The notes under the pieces: generated by a model
Seen by the model: only the letters and a program-made list of their open reading frames with translations
Database searches by the model: none
Told to the model about the DNA's origin: nothing
Translations under genes and position numbers: made by a program
Origin: Gonapodya sp. JEL0774
Taxonomy: Eukaryota
Reading direction: 5' to 3'
DNA length: 34,067 nucleotides
Assembly (NCBI GenBank): GCA_027604505.1
Contig: JADIIX010000189.1
Coordinates: 1 to 34,067 of the forward strand
Shown: positions 32,492-34,067 of the stretch, one piece after another
Layout: every line of letters starts with the position of its first letter
How positions within the stretch are numbered: position 1 is the stretch's first letter

Positions 32492-33983
32492 ATGATGGCA
32501 CCAATACCCTTTGCGGACGCCCCTTCTATCCTGCCACCATCAAAGGTTGACTTCGTCATATATCATGACAACTGTCCGGACGGCATGGGCGCCGCCTGGT
32601 GCGCATTCACCAAGCTCGGGGGAAAAGACGGGGGAGTAACTTATTTCGGAGGGAAGCATGGATCCGAGCCCCCTTACGAAGCTCTCAAGGGCAAGAATGG
32701 TATGTGTGTTTTCTGAGACTCTGCGTAGATTGTGGTAAAACGACGGATGCCAATTGGAACCTGTGTACAGCACGAAAGGGCTCTGCTTATGATTGATGCT
32801 GGTTCATGGATTGTCAAAGCGAAAGGCCGAACATGAATTATGCCAAGCAGGAGCTCTCATGCATGTGAAGTGAGGACAAAACGCTTCTCAGTACCAATGA
32901 AACCTTGCGATCATGTAAATTTTTATGCGCGATGCAAAATGCGATACAGGATGCGTTTCCTTTTTCATTCCCGTTGACGATACTGCTTATTCGACCAATT
33001 GGTAGTCCTTCTCGTCGACTTCACCTATCCCCGACACCTCACGGACCAGATTCGCTCTGTGGCATCATCCGTGTTAATCTTGGACCACCACAAAACCGCT
33101 GCTGCAGACTTTACGGACGCACCTTACGCCGTGTTTGACATGGAGATGTCGGGATCTACAATGGCATGGAAGTACTTCTATCCGCAAGACGAGTGCCCGA
33201 TGCTTTTGAAGTATGTGGAGGATGGCGATCTGTGGAGGTTTAAGTTGGACAAGAGTAAGGAATTCTATGCATTTTGGCAGGTGAGCAGAAAGGGAGGGGA
33301 CCGAAGGGTGAACGTTAAGAGTTGTTGAATCAAACTCACTCCTGGAACATATGCATATGAGCGACTGACTTTCCCATTCACACTGTTTTGCGCTTCAGTC
33401 CGTTCCTCTCACATTTGAAACATATAGTCGATTCTCCGATCCTGCGCACCTCTCCACCGCTCTCTCCGCTGGCACCGCTATCCTCGCCTACACCCAATAT
33501 CAAATCGCTCAACTTGCGGACCGGTGTTTTACCCGCCGACTATGTGGTGTGACAGTTGGGTGCATAAATTCAATGAACTGGATATCGGAACTAGGTAATA
33601 AGGTGGTTCAGAGAGATGGTATTGATGTTGCGCTGGTCTTCTATTACGACGGTCGTGGAGATGAGGCTAAGGAAGAGGGAAAGGCTGATAATAAGGACCA
33701 GAAGAAGGAGAGAAATCATGGAATTTGGAAATGCTCTCTGAGAAGCATGGATTCCAAGGCAGAGTAAGTCGCCCGCCAGGATGCACAATTAGAACTGTCG
33801 AATCAATCTTCTGACGTCCAACAGTGCCAGTACAATTGCAAAAAAGTTTGGTGGTGGAGGCCATCGCAATGCTGCTGTGGGTTTTGTCCATTTGCTTCCC
33901 GTTCTTAATGAATGTTGATCTATCTTCTTCAGGGTTTCGTATGGAAAGAGCAGTCGATTGAATTCTTGTTTGATAAGGAATAA
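32492..33983 (+). CDS. DHH/DHHA1 phosphoesterase (NrnB-like nanoRNase / cyclic-nucleotide phosphodiesterase type), 5 exons
   Basis: Exons 32492-32699, 33006-33280, 33399-33763, 33825-33876 and 33933-33983 splice in frame. Motifs VIYHDNCPDG, LLVDF, ILDHHKTA, SGSTMAW, YVEDGDLW, ISELGN, CSLRS and the DHHA1 motif FGGGGHRNAA|GF. Confidence 0.92.
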
Positions 33984-34067
33984 ATGTCTGCTCTATAAAA
34001 AACATACTAGTGCTGCCCGTGGTTGGGGGGGCCTGGGGGGGAAAACGGGGGGGGGGGGGGGGGCGGG

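Noticed and set aside
34020..34067. Poly-G tract at the window end (telomere or G4?)
   Set aside because: No regular repeat unit; it looks like a contig-end base-calling artefact.

Overview
Eukaryotic, very intron-rich DNA. The gene content and intron style suggest an early-diverging (chytrid-like) fungus; this is inference. Bases 1-5000 are a CpG-depleted block of decayed Ty1/copia retrotransposon fragments. A compact gene-dense region follows: RPT3 (-) head-to-head with RAD50 (+, about 25 exons), which is tail-to-tail with a large gene whose hand-spliced product matches the Fanconi anaemia group A (FANCA) N-terminal domain co-linearly. After a small assembly gap come a PAS-less TmcB/TmcC-like multipass membrane protein (-), a ~900 bp inverted-repeat element flanked by a perfect 12-bp direct repeat, a MATH/BTB-type protein (+), a small hypothetical gene (-) and an intron-containing DHH/DHHA1 phosphoesterase of the bacterial/viral NrnB-like type (+). 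Splicing looks unusual: about a third of the inferred acceptors are AAG, and there are three GC-AG introns. All exon structures were inferred by eye, and homologies were recognised from memory with no searches run.
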